64,000 bases of DNA from an uncultured Planctomycetaceae bacterium (GCA_963833985.1 CAWIAD010000002.1:2400001-2464000), one strand, 5' to 3'; counted from the first letter of the stretch, positions 12,465 through 23,378 are shown. Notes: generated from the sequence alone by a model not told the origin. A program made the numbers and translations.

Positions 12465-14105
12465 TCACGCGTGCATCCCGCCGGCCGCGGCCAGCTCCAT
12501 CGCCCTGCCGGGTCGATCAACCTCTGCCGCGCCCTCTGGGATCTCGGAGGGGTGAATGGGCAGGCGGACCCGGAACGTCGAGCCCTTCCCCTCTCCGGCA
12601 CTGGTCGCGTTGATCTCGCCGTGATGCTGGCTGACGATCCGATGGCAGATCGACAGCCCCAGTCCGGTGCCCTTGCCAGTGCGTCTCCGGGTGAAGAACG
12701 GCTCGAAAATGTTCTCCAGAACATCCGGCGACATCCCACAACCGTTGTCATTGAAGACCATTTCGGCCATGCCATGGTGATAGCGGCTGTCGATTTTCAG
12801 CGTACCCCCAGGTTCCATTGAATCGATCGCGTTGACCACCAGGTTCAGGACCACCTGCTTGATCTCCTGGCTGTCCACATGGGCCATGACCGCCTCTTTC
12901 GGCTGAAAGAGGATCGTCTTGCCGCGGTACTTGCCGATGTGCCGGATCATGTCCACGACGCCCTGGATCAGGCTGGCCAGGTCAGTACGCTCACGCTTGA
13001 TATCGTTGCAGCGCGAGAAGTCCAGCAGCTTCTCGGTGATGCTCTTGCACCGGAATGCTTCTTCCTGAATCATTTTTAAATAGTTGGATACCACCCCATG
13101 ATCCGAGTTCGCCGCGTTCAGAACGGCTTCCAGCCGGTTCTCGAGCGCTTCGGAGCAAAAGGCAATGGAGGCCAGGGGGTTGTTGATCTCATGCGCCACG
13201 CCGGCTGCCAGGAAACCCACTCCCGCGAGCCGCTCCGACCGGACGAGCTGGCGGCTCCGCTCCTGCACCTGCTGCTCCAGGTCGGCGTAGGTGACGCTGA
13301 TCTTCGCGGTCATATCGTTGAAGGCTTCAGCCAGGTCCTGCATCTCGTCGCCGGAGTTGAGCTCGATCTTGTAATCGAATGAGCCTCGAGCCACCCGCCT
13401 GACTCCGCGTTGCAGTAGCCGCACGGGGTAGAGCACCCAGCGGTGAAACAGCAGCATCAGCCCGCAGAGCATGCCCAGCACCATGAGCGCCGAGGTCCAC
13501 ACGATCGCCCGGCTCGTGGAGTATTGCCCCCGGGAGAGCTGCAAGACGTCATTGAAGTCGCCGAAAAGCTCCTTGGGAAGCAGCATGACCGTGTGGTTCA
13601 CGCGGTCGATCCGCTGCTTCAGATCGGTTGCCGGCTCGATGCGGGGAAGCATCTCGGGGTGCTTGGTGATGTAGTACGTGGTCCCCGGCAGCCGCGGACT
13701 GATCGCGGGCGCATCCGGCACAAGCTCCTTGAGGATCGCCGTCAGGTCGTCGTCGATCAGAAAGGCAAGGCCCAGCTCATCCAGGCCGCTGTTGGCCCGG
13801 TTGCCGCGGATCGTGTTCTGCTTGAGTGCCGCGTAGTAGGTATAGAGAGCGTCACGCGCGTCGCTCACTTTCCTGGCAAGTGCCTCGCGGCCATCGGGCG
13901 TCGTGCTCACGGGGGCGTGCAGCCGGAATACCTTGTCGATCAGATCCACAGAGGCGCCCATCTCCACCAGCTGATCGGACTGCGTCAGATAGCTCACGTG
14001 AAATGAACGCAGCCCGAAGATCGACCCGCCCATCAGGATCATCATCATCCCCACCACCACGCTGAGGCCGACGATGAGCTTGATGCGAATGGGCCAGCGA
14101 ACCAT
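12465..14105 (-). CDS. Membrane sensor histidine kinase with HAMP domain
   Basis: Two hydrophobic segments, HAMP (GDEMQDLAEAFNDM), H-box AHEINNPL, N-box NLVVNAID, DNGCG, FEPFFT, GTGLGL; adjacent to the response regulator. Confidence 0.93.
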   Translation of the reverse strand: MVRWPIRIKLIVGLSVVVGMMMILMGGSIFGLRSFHVSYLTQSDQLVEMGASVDLIDKVFRLHAPVSTTPDGREALARKVSDARDALYTYYAALKQNTIRGNRANSGLDELGLAFLIDDDLTAILKELVPDAPAISPRLPGTTYYITKHPEMLPRIEPATDLKQRIDRVNHTVMLLPKELFGDFNDVLQLSRGQYSTSRAIVWTSALMVLGMLCGLMLLFHRWVLYPVRLLQRGVRRVARGSFDYKIELNSGDEMQDLAEAFNDMTAKISVTYADLEQQVQERSRQLVRSERLAGVGFLAAGVAHEINNPLASIAFCSEALENRLEAVLNAANSDHGVVSNYLKMIQEEAFRCKSITEKLLDFSRCNDIKRERTDLASLIQGVVDMIRHIGKYRGKTILFQPKEAVMAHVDSQEIKQVVLNLVVNAIDSMEPGGTLKIDSRYHHGMAEMVFNDNGCGMSPDVLENIFEPFFTRRRTGKGTGLGLSICHRIVSQHHGEINATSAGEGKGSTFRVRLPIHPSEIPEGAAEVDRPGRAMELAAAGGMHA

Positions 14106-14312
14106 GACGACCTCCGTGTCGCTCGGGCGGGCTCGAACCTGCGGTGAAGCCCGGTGAAGGCATCGAGCCGGGCAGTGGCCCAGCTTATACCAGAAGTCGC
14201 GGCCGGGCTCAAACCGACTCTGGCCCGGTTTTGGCTCAGCAGGTTCGCAATCGTTCTTTGACAGGCATTCAGCAGGTTGACGCGATCCTGGATGACCGGG
14301 AGGCCGCTCTTT

Positions 14313-14511
14313 GTGGGACACGATTCCCCATCGAGTCACTTCTTCGATCTCCTCGTGGGCCACGATTCGGATCGTGTCACGTCTTCGATCTCCTCGTGGG
14401 ATACGATTCCGATCGTCTCACGTCTTCGATCTCCTCGTGGGATACGATTCCGATCGTGTCACGTCTTCGATCTGATGGACCAGGAATGGCACGAATGGAA
14501 TCGTACCCCAC
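14313..14511. repeat. REP-like cluster: four 41-42 bp tandem units plus one inverted copy
   Basis: Units GTGGG(a/c)(t/c)ACGATTC..ATCGTGTCACGTCTTCGATCTCCTC start at 14313, 14355, 14396, 14437; GCACGAATGGAATCGTACCCCAC ending at 14511 is the reverse complement of the unit head. Confidence 0.85.
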
Positions 14512-14589
14512 AAGGAGAGCGGCCATGCCTGGCCCTCAGCCCCGGGCAAGCGAATTGGAGTCCTGTCCAAAGAATTCTGCGGAACTGCT

Positions 14590-16065
14590 TTAGCCCGTGA
14601 TCTCCCAGGCACGCGTCAGCACCGCGAGCAGCAGCGTGATCACGAGGGCCAGCGACAAGAGCAGCCGGAACCGCCGCATGCTGCGTGCAAAGCATTGCTC
14701 CTGCTCAGGATCAAGCTGCAATCGCCGCAGAAAAGAGAGCCGGCTGGCAATGCTGCCGTGCCTCCAGGACCACGCGGCCGCGTCCATGCCGTTCTGACAG
14801 GCCACCTTGGCCAGCGCCGCGGCAAAAATCTCAATTCCCACGGGACACAGACTCTGTGGCAAGAGGCTCACAGGCTCGGAGGCGAAGGCATCCTCCTCAC
14901 CATCAAAGTGCGGAGGACACTGCGCGAACCCGCACGAGACCACCTTGCAACCGAACATGTCAGCCTGGCGCTCGAAGCGACGCGACAGGTGGCCGAATAC
15001 CAGCCAGAAAAAAAGACCGAGAATACCCAGCAGCAGCCCCGCTTCGGCGAATTCGGTGATCTGCGGTATCTCGGCAGGGGGAATCCAGGAAAAAGTCGCA
15101 AGCCATGCTCCCGGCAGCGAGACCACGCGTCCGGCCAGTGCCAGCAAGCCGATGCTCCCCAGGAAAAAGAAGCCGAAGTAGGGTAAATGGCGGTGTGCCA
15201 CGTGGCCGAGCTCGTGTCCGAAGACGGCGGCCACCTCGGCGGGAGCAAGCGATTCGATCAGCACATCGGTGAGTAAAACATAACGAAACTGGGGGAGAAC
15301 GCCCGTCACGCAGGCGTTGACCATGAGCTGGCCGGTGTCCCAGACAAGCAGGTCGTTGAAACGGAAGCCAACTCGCCGCGCAACGCGTTCCAGGCGCGTC
15401 CGGAGCGGGCCGTCGGGCAACCTCCGGGTCGGCCAGGCCAGGCGAATGAACAGCGGGGAGAGTGCGAGCACCAGGCCGCCCAGCACCGCCAGCTCAATCG
15501 GCTCAGCCGCCGGGCTCTGATGCCAGACCGGCCAGAGCCGCGGGCAGACGTCCTGCCGGACCACGAAGATCAGCACCACGGGGAGGACCAGGCCCGTGGA
15601 CTGCCGCGCCTTGAGCGCAAGGTACGTCGCTGCGCGAGGGAAGAAGCGTCTTCCGTGAAGCGCTCGCTCCGCGAGGTAGACCCCGCTCCATGTGATGAGC
15701 TGGATGGCCAGGTACGGCAACAGCACCGCGAGATCGTCAACCAGCACAAGACCTTGCAGCCGCCAGCTCCGCAGCACCAGTGCGGGCCAGCCGACGAGGT
15801 AGACGATCCAGGCGTAGATGGCCAGGCCTGCCAGCGTGAGCGCACGACTGCCCAGCAGGTAGCGGCGGAACACCCGGCTCGTCGCGTAGCCCTGGTGAGA
15901 GACCTGGGCCGCGACCCAACCTCCCAGGCCGAACGAGAGAACCGCGACCATGAGGACACCGCCGAGAGTTTCGACGAGCCGGAACGCCGCCGGAACTCCC
16001 TTGGCGTCGTCGGCCAGATCCGTTCCGAATGCGATCAGCAGGGCAATCAGCAGGGGGATCGGCAT
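14590..16065 (-). CDS. M48 family membrane zinc metallopeptidase (HtpX/Ste24-like)
   Basis: Several TM segments, NACVTG, HELGH (HExxH), ERQAD, HGSIASR. Confidence 0.9.
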   Translation of the reverse strand: MPIPLLIALLIAFGTDLADDAKGVPAAFRLVETLGGVLMVAVLSFGLGGWVAAQVSHQGYATSRVFRRYLLGSRALTLAGLAIYAWIVYLVGWPALVLRSWRLQGLVLVDDLAVLLPYLAIQLITWSGVYLAERALHGRRFFPRAATYLALKARQSTGLVLPVVLIFVVRQDVCPRLWPVWHQSPAAEPIELAVLGGLVLALSPLFIRLAWPTRRLPDGPLRTRLERVARRVGFRFNDLLVWDTGQLMVNACVTGVLPQFRYVLLTDVLIESLAPAEVAAVFGHELGHVAHRHLPYFGFFFLGSIGLLALAGRVVSLPGAWLATFSWIPPAEIPQITEFAEAGLLLGILGLFFWLVFGHLSRRFERQADMFGCKVVSCGFAQCPPHFDGEEDAFASEPVSLLPQSLCPVGIEIFAAALAKVACQNGMDAAAWSWRHGSIASRLSFLRRLQLDPEQEQCFARSMRRFRLLLSLALVITLLLAVLTRAWEITG

Positions 16066-16128
16066 GGATGGCTCGGAACGGCCGCTCCCGGTCCGGTTCA
16101 CAAAGGAGTCGCCTGGGATCCACGGCGC

Positions 16129-16823
16129 TCACGCCGCCTCGGAGGCCCCGACGACGATGATGGACACCGGGTAGGACGTCGGCTTTGACGCTCCCTTCAC
16201 CAGGAGCTCGAGCGGAACGACCACCCGCCAGGTGTTCTTCTCCTGATCGTGTATCATGGACGGATGCGGCGCCGCGGACGCGCCGGGGACGGCCAGCATG
16301 AAGAAGACGGCGGGATGGCTCGAGCCCGCGGACTCCGCGCTGCGGGTCTCGAGCTGCTTGCGGGGAAGCGCCGTCAGACTGGTGTCCTTGGCGGCCGGCA
16401 AGAGCAGCGCGTAGTCGCCGAACGGGCTCACTCCGAGATGGTCGCCGTTGACTGGCTGGTGCCCGTAGCGCATCGTGTAAACGCCCTTGGCGATCGCCTG
16501 GTCGCGATAGTCGTGTGCCTCTCGATGAAACTGGACCACGCCCAGCAACTCGCTCTCGGCCAGGAACGGAAACTGAATCACGCCCTTGCGCCTGCCGGCT
16601 TCTCGGCCGCTGGAATGGTATTCCGCAGCCAGAGGTCGGCAAACGGCTTTCCCGAGTCGTCCAGAATCCGGAAGCCATGATCGGCGAGCTGAGAACCGAT
16701 CTCCGGGGCGACTCCCGCAGGGGGGTGCTCCTTGTGAACCTCAGCCTTATAGGGTTCCTGGGCTGCCAGGGTACCTGGCAGAAGCATCAGAACCAGTGCC
16801 GGTGCCGGGATCCTGCGCATCAA
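16129..16823 (-). CDS. Secreted hypothetical protein, apparent indel near 16590
   Basis: Signal-peptide ORF 16578..16823 joins ORF 16129..16581 if one base is restored (PAGAKGVIQFPFL). Confidence 0.7.
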
Positions 16824-17050
16824 TCTTCATCCTCAGTCGTCGGTGGATCGCCTCCGGTCGCCCCCAGGCGAGCGCGAACTGGCGACCACGACACGGTTGA
16901 TCGTAACAGCGGTTGCGGTGTTCGGTAAGGGGAGGTGTGGGGCGGGTCGCAATTGGTTGACGACCGGAAGTGGTCGCGGGTCCCACGTTGCCAGAGGTAC
17001 ACCACGCGCACTTCCGGTGTTGCGATCGACGTCGTGCCATCATGGGCCGA

Positions 17051-17755
17051 TCACCGCGCGAAGTGGCCCACGAAGCTGCTGCGGCAATTGGGGTCGTTCC
17101 AGCGGGTGTTCAGACCTTCTCCCTTGAACTCGTGCCCCATCGTGTACGCGGGCAGGACGTTCACATCCCGGGAAAGAGGGGAGTAGGCGACCACCTCGTT
17201 GCCGCAGAAGTGATCGGTTTCATCGAGGGGGCGGGTGACGATGCTGGCCAGTCCCGATGCCCAGAAAGAAGCCCGCGGCGCATGGGGCATGCCGTGCGCT
17301 GCATGCGACTGGTCGGCCGCGGAGACAGGGTGGTCCTCGAGCTTCAGGCTCATCCGCGCGGTTCTCACGGCCACGAGATGGTTCAACCGCGCCCCGCCCA
17401 TTTCCTGCGCAAGCTGCACGAGGGCGTCACGCTGGGCAGGCGTGGCCTTCTCGTCCACGATCACGACGGCCGCGGCCTTTTCGGGTTGATCCTCGGAAAA
17501 CGTGGTCGTGCCCCGCACGGCGGCGGCGACGCAAAGCCCGCTCAGATCCGTGCCCTTCCATGTCCCCTGGTTCACCTTCCATGCCAGTACGGCCTGGCTC
17601 CCCGTGATGAAGACTTCCGCGTTGGAGATACAGGGACCCGTGAAGACGTCCGCGGTTCGAGCTTCCACGTAATCACCCTGCAAGTCCGCCCCTCGGACAG
17701 AGCCGACAGTGATGACCAGCAGAGTTCCACAGAGTGCGGGCAATACCGTGCGCAT
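17051..17755 (-). CDS. Secreted DUF1326-like protein
   Basis: Signal peptide followed by GDYVEARTADVFTGPC..NAE; family recognised from memory. Confidence 0.7.
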   Translation of the reverse strand: MRTVLPALCGTLLVITVGSVRGADLQGDYVEARTADVFTGPCISNAEVFITGSQAVLAWKVNQGTWKGTDLSGLCVAAAVRGTTTFSEDQPEKAAAVVIVDEKATPAQRDALVQLAQEMGGARLNHLVAVRTARMSLKLEDHPVSAADQSHAAHGMPHAPRASFWASGLASIVTRPLDETDHFCGNEVVAYSPLSRDVNVLPAYTMGHEFKGEGLNTRWNDPNCRSSFVGHFAR

Positions 17756-17840
17756 GAATGAACGCTCCCGTTCCGGTAGCTGGGCGTTTTCCTGGGACCG
17801 ACGAGGAACGTTGAATTATCGGAACGGGTGTGGTGACAAG

Positions 17841-18476
17841 TCAAGGGTCGGTGCGTGTGGAGTGAGCCCCCGCGGCCGCAGCCGGGGATGCTGGGTCAGT
17901 GCTTGGGTGTTCGGGCCGTGACGCAGTCCAGGAGGGCCGCCGCCTGGTGGTTTGCCCGCGTGGGCTTTTTCGAACGCCGTCACTGGCCTTCGTATCTTCC
18001 AGGCTCAAATCCGCCTGCTGGATCTGCCCATCGAGGTCGCGCGGCGATGCCCGCCGGTGCGCGGCTTTCAGCGTCTCGACTTTTCCGGTGTGTGGCGATT
18101 GCTCACGGCTCGGCAGGAGGGCGCCGAGCGGTGGAAGCGACCCGGGAAGGCTGGCCCGGAGCTGCTTGTACGCGTCTTCCAGCCGTGACCGCTCATCCTG
18201 GTACGCCTGGACGCTGGTCTCGAGCCGCTGGTTGGACGCCTCCAGCAGAGCCAGCCGGCGTGCGTCGTCCACGGCCCGCTCGGAGAGGTCCTGATTCTGG
18301 CTGCGCAGAGCCAGCATCTGGTCTTTGAGGCCGGCGTTCTCGGAACGGAGCGTCTGGCTCAGGCGATGGCATTCCTCAAGGTCTTGCTGGGGTGCCATGC
18401 GGCATCCGGGGCCCAGCAAGGCAAGGACCGCGAGCCACCCGGGCAGGTACCTCGGTGGACGAAAAGCAGAGGCCAT
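17841..18476 (-). CDS. Hypothetical lipoprotein with coiled coil
   Basis: Lipobox-like LALLGPGC, then a heptad-rich segment (LSQTLRSENAGLKDQMLALRSQNQDL); start codon uncertain. Confidence 0.6.
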   Translation of the reverse strand: MASAFRPPRYLPGWLAVLALLGPGCRMAPQQDLEECHRLSQTLRSENAGLKDQMLALRSQNQDLSERAVDDARRLALLEASNQRLETSVQAYQDERSRLEDAYKQLRASLPGSLPPLGALLPSREQSPHTGKVETLKAAHRRASPRDLDGQIQQADLSLEDTKASDGVRKSPRGQTTRRRPSWTASRPEHPSTDPASPAAAAGAHSTRTDP

Positions 18477-18696
18477 CCGCCGCGACTCCTTTCGCATGCG
18501 ATCGGCAAGCATGCTCAGCCATTGCCCCTGGGACCAGAAGATCGCTGGTCCCCGGGTGCCGGGACGAAACCCGTCCCCGCAAAGGCCGCGACCCGTTGCC
18601 GCCGGAAAAGCGCAACGGGTCCTTGCGGTGATTGAATGGAATGTGCCTGGCGACTCATAGCCGATCGGCCCGGGAAGATCAATCCCAGGAATCCGC

Positions 18697-20302
18697 TCAA
18701 CTACCGAACAGGCCGGCGATGCTGCGGACCAGGCCCGAGGCGACGGGAGTGTCCTGGAAGTCGTAAAGGTTGCGCATCAGGTCGATGGCGACGAACGAGG
18801 CGAACAGCAGGCACACGGTGGTGAAGCAGAGCAGGCCGACCCACAATCCACCCCATTCCGGCGTGGCCTCGCGGGAGATGACCATCGCGGGCGCCTGGGA
18901 GGCGGACGTCTGGCCCTCGTCGGACGACCAGGACGTGGCCATCTCGCTGGAAACCGCGTCCTCGAAGCCGTCGTCCTCGTCCTCGTCCTCCGCGAATGCC
19001 GAGGGGGCCATGGCTGTGGCGGCGTTCTGATCGACCTCTTCCTCGTCGATGGCGAAGACTTCCGAACCGCTGTCGCTGTCTTCCAGGTCAAAGTCGCTGG
19101 CCGCTTCAAGCTGGACCGTCTTGTCGTCAGAGGAATCGTCGTCCGAGATGGGAACGTCGACCTCGAAGTCGGTGTCGTCGAAGATGTCCTTCTCGCCCTT
19201 CTTCACGCTGGGCGGCGGAGTCGCAGCCAGCGACGGCTTGGCCTTGGACGGCGCCGCCTTGCCGCCTTGAGCCTTGGCGGGCTTGGCAGGCGCGGGCTTG
19301 GCAGGCGCGGGCTTGGCAGGCTCCGACTTGTGAGTCCTGAGCTCTTCGTCCGACAGAGGCGCCAGCTCGATGGAATCATGGTGTCCCAGGTCGAAGGCCC
19401 CGGCGCCTTGAAGGTTGATTCCCGAATCGCTGGGCCGTGAGAGGTTGATTCCCGAGATGTTCGGATCGGCCGCGGTCACGTCCGAGTCGCTGGGGCGAAG
19501 CGGGGTCGATTCGAACTCGTCGCTGGTATCCAGGGCGCTGAGACTCGAAGTCGCTCCCCGACTCCGGCTGCAAGGCCTCGACCAGGTCGCTTGAAGGATT
19601 CAGCTCAAAGTCGCTATCCGATTCGGCGGCCGGCACTTCGGCCGAGGAGCCGACCATCGGGCTGGAGCGTACGGCCGTGTCCCCGGAGGCGGAAGCGGGA
19701 GTCAGCAGGTGATGGTCCGCGGTGTCATCCTTCACAAGGGTCACGTCGGAGTCGCTGGGGGATTTGAAGTCGGGATCCGGCGATGCCAGGCGGACATCCG
19801 AGTCGCTCGAGCCCTTGATGTTGTCGGGGACCAGGCGGACGTCCGAGTCGCTGGGCAGCTTGCCGCTGGACTGCATGCCGATGATCACCGAACTGGAGCC
19901 GGTGACCGGGTTGGGCGGGACCGAAAGGTCATCGAAGAGAATGTCGTGCTCTGCCGACGATTCCATCGACGGCCGCTCGCCAGACGGCGAGGTCATGGCC
20001 GAGAGGTCCATTGTCTCGTTGGCGAGGTCGGGCTTGGCCACACCAAGCTGGAACTCGGAAAGGTCCAGGTCGTCAAGGTTCTCGCCGCCAGCCGCGGGGA
20101 CCTCCAGGTCGGAAAGACGCAGCTCGGCATCGCTGCCCAGGCCTCGGTGCCGTGCCAGCTCGTCCACATCCACGACCCGGAAACGCCACGAGCCGCCATC
20201 CAGAAATGCGCGGATCTCGCGGTGTTGCGCCTTGGATTTCAGCTCTTCCGCACTCATGCCCAGGACGCGGGCTGCTTCTTCCAATGTGTAAAACTGTGCC
20301 AT
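18697..20302 (-). CDS. N-terminal HTH, long acidic low-complexity region and C-terminal TM helix; apparent indel near 19544
   Basis: MAQFYTLEEAARVLG...IRAFLDGGSWRF is an excisionase/MerR-like HTH; SDSD repeats; ORFs 19376..20386 and 18697..19479 join through SDFELSALD; TM WVGLLCFTTVCLLFASFVAI. Confidence 0.8.
19277..19321 (-). repeat. 15-bp coding tandem repeat x3 (PAKPA)
   Basis: GCGGGCTTGGCAGGC three times on the + strand. Confidence 0.9.
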
Positions 20303-20408
20303 GGACGTGGTCCTCGCGGTCAAAGCCGGCCGCTGCCGGCCGTGGTCGTCGATTCCAGAGGTGGCGGAGACCACAAGCGACTGCACACGCCCCGCGGAGG
20401 TCTCCCGG

Positions 20409-20873
20409 TTATCGTACCATCGGCTGCGCCAGCGTCCTGACCATCGACTCGATCGCGGCCGGCTCCGGCGCCTGGTTATTGTAGTGTTCCAGCTTCAGGT
20501 CCCACTGGTACTGGCGCACGGCCTCCAGCTTTACCGAGCCCTTGGTGCTCGAAGGATCAAGACGATAGATCGCAAAAGCACGGCTCTTCGTATCAACCAG
20601 GTAGAGCCACTGCACCGATCCGGGGGGCGACGTGACCATCGCCAGCGTTCCATTCGCCTCGCCGCCGGCCAGCAACCGACCTTGCCCGGGTACCTGACGG
20701 CTGGATTCCGGACTTCGGACCGGCACGCCGACCAGTGGGCCGCTCTCGCCGACAGCCCTTGTCTGGGCCTCTGCCAGAGTTCCACGTGCACCGGCAAGCC
20801 AGGAGATGAGCACTCCCAGAATCACCCCGGGCAGTCCGTAACGGGCCATTCCTCCGCTGATTCGAACGAGCAT
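20409..20873 (-). CDS. Hypothetical membrane-anchored protein
   Basis: N-terminal hydrophobic segment; folded-looking C-terminus (LYLVDTKSRAFAIY...VRQYQWDLKLEHYN); start uncertain. Confidence 0.65.
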   Translation of the reverse strand: MLVRISGGMARYGLPGVILGVLISWLAGARGTLAEAQTRAVGESGPLVGVPVRSPESSRQVPGQGRLLAGGEANGTLAMVTSPPGSVQWLYLVDTKSRAFAIYRLDPSSTKGSVKLEAVRQYQWDLKLEHYNNQAPEPAAIESMVRTLAQPMVR

Positions 20874-21543
20874 CGAACCGCTCCTCCGTGAGTGAGAACC
20901 GACCTGGATCCCGCAGGCCAACCACATCCCAGGAGCTTCATGGCACGCTCCCAGGGTCCCGAAGCGCGGTCCCGAAGCTCCCAGCCGTAACCAGTTTATC
21001 ACACCAATTCGAGAAAGACGCGACCGACTCGCGAATGTTGTACGGCCTGGAAGGCAATCCGAGATGCCTTGTTTTGGGTACTCCTGTATTCTATGGTCCG
21101 GACCGCTCAACGCAAGTCCACCTCAGCAGGACCCGGCGCCTCGAGCCGGTTCCGTGGGATGATCTGGGGAGCCTTGATGCCGCCCGGGCCGTTTCTCGCT
21201 CCCAGCGACGCTTGCCGGTAGCGACGGGCGAGTCATTTCACATGTGAGAGTGCACCCGTCGAGGAAGACTTGCCCGGAATGGCTTCGTTCCGTCCACCCG
21301 GCATCAAACCCATCGGACGCTAACCCTTTGTCTGATTGAAGTTAAATCTCCATTTTCGGTGGCTTCGTTTTTGACATTTTCTTCTCGAGATGACCGAAGG
21401 CGGGCCGCGGTGCCGGCCATAAGTCCCGCGGGCCAGCGCGCCGCCTGAGTGCAGAGGCGTCGCGCTGGTCTGAACCATCGACCGAATTGTCAAAGTGCAT
21501 TGGCACAGTGCCGTTCTATTCAGTCTACGATCGGAACGGCGGG

Positions 21544-21690
21544 CGCTTGAAGGATCCCTCACGGTTTGCTCTCCTTGTGCCGGCGCGGTCGGATCACTTC
21601 ACCTCAGGCGTTCCATGCGTCTGCTCTTCTCGTCGTTTCACTATCAGCTGGACCTCTCCGGCGGTGGGCGTTGTGCACCCGTGACCTGCA
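21544..21690 (+). pseudogene. Copy 1 of a leader plus 5' fragment of a GT4-like glycosyltransferase
   Basis: Aligns with 25165..25312 (ATG 71 nt into both copies); reads MRLLFSSFHYQLDLSGG and then loses frame. Confidence 0.65.
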
Positions 21691-21699
21691 CGCCGCGCG

Positions 21700-22070
21700 G
21701 GAGGCCTCAGGCGCCAGCCCGACCCGCACGTTGCCGCAATTTACACATCGCCACGGCGCTGGTCCGCAAGTCCTGGCTATGGGGCGCATGGCCACGTGCG
21801 CCAGCGCCCTGGATCCGCGGCGCATGGCCACGTGTGCCTGCGCCATGGACTCTGCGGCAGATGGCCACGTGCGTGAGCACGTGGTTTTCACGGGCGCAGC
21901 CTCCAACCTCGGGCGTAAGCCCGACCCGCCCCGCGCCGCATCACGCTTATCACCCCGGCGCTGGTCCGCCAGTCCCGGCGCTAGGCGCGCATGGCAGATG
22001 GCCACGTGCGTGAGCACGTGGTTTTCACGGGCGCAGCCCCCAACCTCGGGCGTGAGCCCGACCCGCGGAC
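21700..22070. repeat. Composite repeat region with REP-like hairpins
   Basis: 74-bp direct repeat 21856..21929 / 21993..22066 (2 mismatches) ending in hairpin TCGGGC-GT(A/G)A-GCCCGA; ATGGCCACGTG at 21788, 21824, 21861, 21998; GGCGCTGGTCCGC at about 21755 and 21957. Confidence 0.8.
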
Positions 22071-22320
22071 CACGAATGGCGGAGCACGAATGGGGCCAGC
22101 CAAGGTTCACGGTGGCGTGGGAGCCGTTCGCGCGGGGTCGGTGTCCGAAGCTGCCCCTGTCCGCCTGGCTTGCCGTGGTCAAGCCGCCTGGTACTGCATC
22201 CGTTTCGGAGCCGCATGTGGATCGCCCCCACGCTGCCACGGGCACTCCGCCCGCTCGATGCTCACGACCTTGTGCGGGCGAGTATCTTGTTCGTACTGGC
22301 GCTCGCAAGCGTGAGCATTT

Positions 22321-22409
22321 GTAGGGTGCGTCAAGCGCAGCGTCGACGCACCAGTATTTCAGCCTGTTCCGCGAATTGTTGCGTCGTCGCAGCGCTCGGC
22401 ACACCCCAC
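22321..22409. repeat. REP doublet (REPIN-like), GTAG family
   Basis: GTAG-GGTGCGTC-N12-GACGCACC at 22321..22352; inverted degenerate copy (reverse complement GTGGGGTGTGCCGAGCGCTGCGACGACGCAA) ending at 22409. Confidence 0.8.
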
Positions 22410-22675
22410 CAGAACTGGTCCATCATCTTCTCCCCTTGCTCTTCGTTGTCTCTGTGGTTCCATGGTTTTTCTGTGACCAGGGTCCTCGCCCGATGCCCGG
22501 GCGACGCCGAGGCCGCATCGCGCTCGCGAGCAAATCGATAATCCCGTGCTGGTCCCACTCGCCAGGGGCTGGACCGGCTCTCTCCGCCACGCGGTCTGGC
22601 GCGTCCCGAGCTTGCTTGCAGGGTAATCGAAGGAGCCCTGTCATTCCCCCGCCCGGGAATGATACGGTTCTGTCC

Positions 22676-23359
22676 ATGCCACGAGTCTCTACACTCCATT
22701 CCTGGGATGTCGATACGAAGCAGGCCCGTGCGTTGCAGTTGGAGCTTGCCGCGTGCGTGGATGTGACGCGGCCGGTGGGTGCGGTGCACACGGTCGGCGC
22801 AGCCGACGTCTCGTACGACATCGGCGGGAAATGGCTCTACGGTGCGATCGTGGTCACGCGGGCTGGCACGAAGGAAGTCCTGGAACGGAGCAGGGCAGTT
22901 GCGGAGGCGCGGTTCCCGTACGTTCCCGGGCTTCTCAGCTTCCGCGAGGCTCCGGTGCTTCTCCAGGCCTATGAGTCGTTGCGCCAGCCGCCCGATGTCC
23001 TCTTGATCGACGGGCAGGGGATCGCGCATCCGCGCGGAATCGGACTGGCCAGCCATCTCGGACTGTGGCTGAACATTCCAGCAGTCGGCTGCGCCAAGTC
23101 GCGGCTCTGCGGTGAGCACCAGGAGCCTAGCCCGGCACGCGGCGCACACATGCCGCTCGTGCTGGAGGGACGGGAGGTCGGGGCCGTGCTGCGCACTCGC
23201 GATCGCGTCAGGCCTCTCTTCGTCTCCGCCGGCCACCTCTGCAACCTCAGCAGCGCCATCCGGATTGTACTGGAGAATGCCCCGAAGCATCGCTTGCCGA
23301 TCCCCGCTCGTCTGGCACACCAGTACGTCAACGAACTGCGCAGCGAGTCGTCGCGCTGA
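22676..23359 (+). CDS. nfi: Endonuclease V (deoxyinosine 3'-endonuclease)
   Basis: GAADVSY, FPYVPGLLSFRE, DGQGIAHPRGIGLASHLG, GCAKSRL, PLFVSAGH, RLPIPARLAH. Confidence 0.95.
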   Translation: MPRVSTLHSWDVDTKQARALQLELAACVDVTRPVGAVHTVGAADVSYDIGGKWLYGAIVVTRAGTKEVLERSRAVAEARFPYVPGLLSFREAPVLLQAYESLRQPPDVLLIDGQGIAHPRGIGLASHLGLWLNIPAVGCAKSRLCGEHQEPSPARGAHMPLVLEGREVGAVLRTRDRVRPLFVSAGHLCNLSSAIRIVLENAPKHRLPIPARLAHQYVNELRSESSR

Positions 23360-23378
23360 AGCTCGAAGCAGCGTCGAA

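Noticed and set aside
14313..14511. Mini CRISPR array
   Set aside because: Units are contiguous with no unique spacers and end in an inverted copy, which is REP-like.
21501..21516. Sigma54 promoter at TGGCACAGTGCCGTTC
   Set aside because: Lacks GC at the -12 position.
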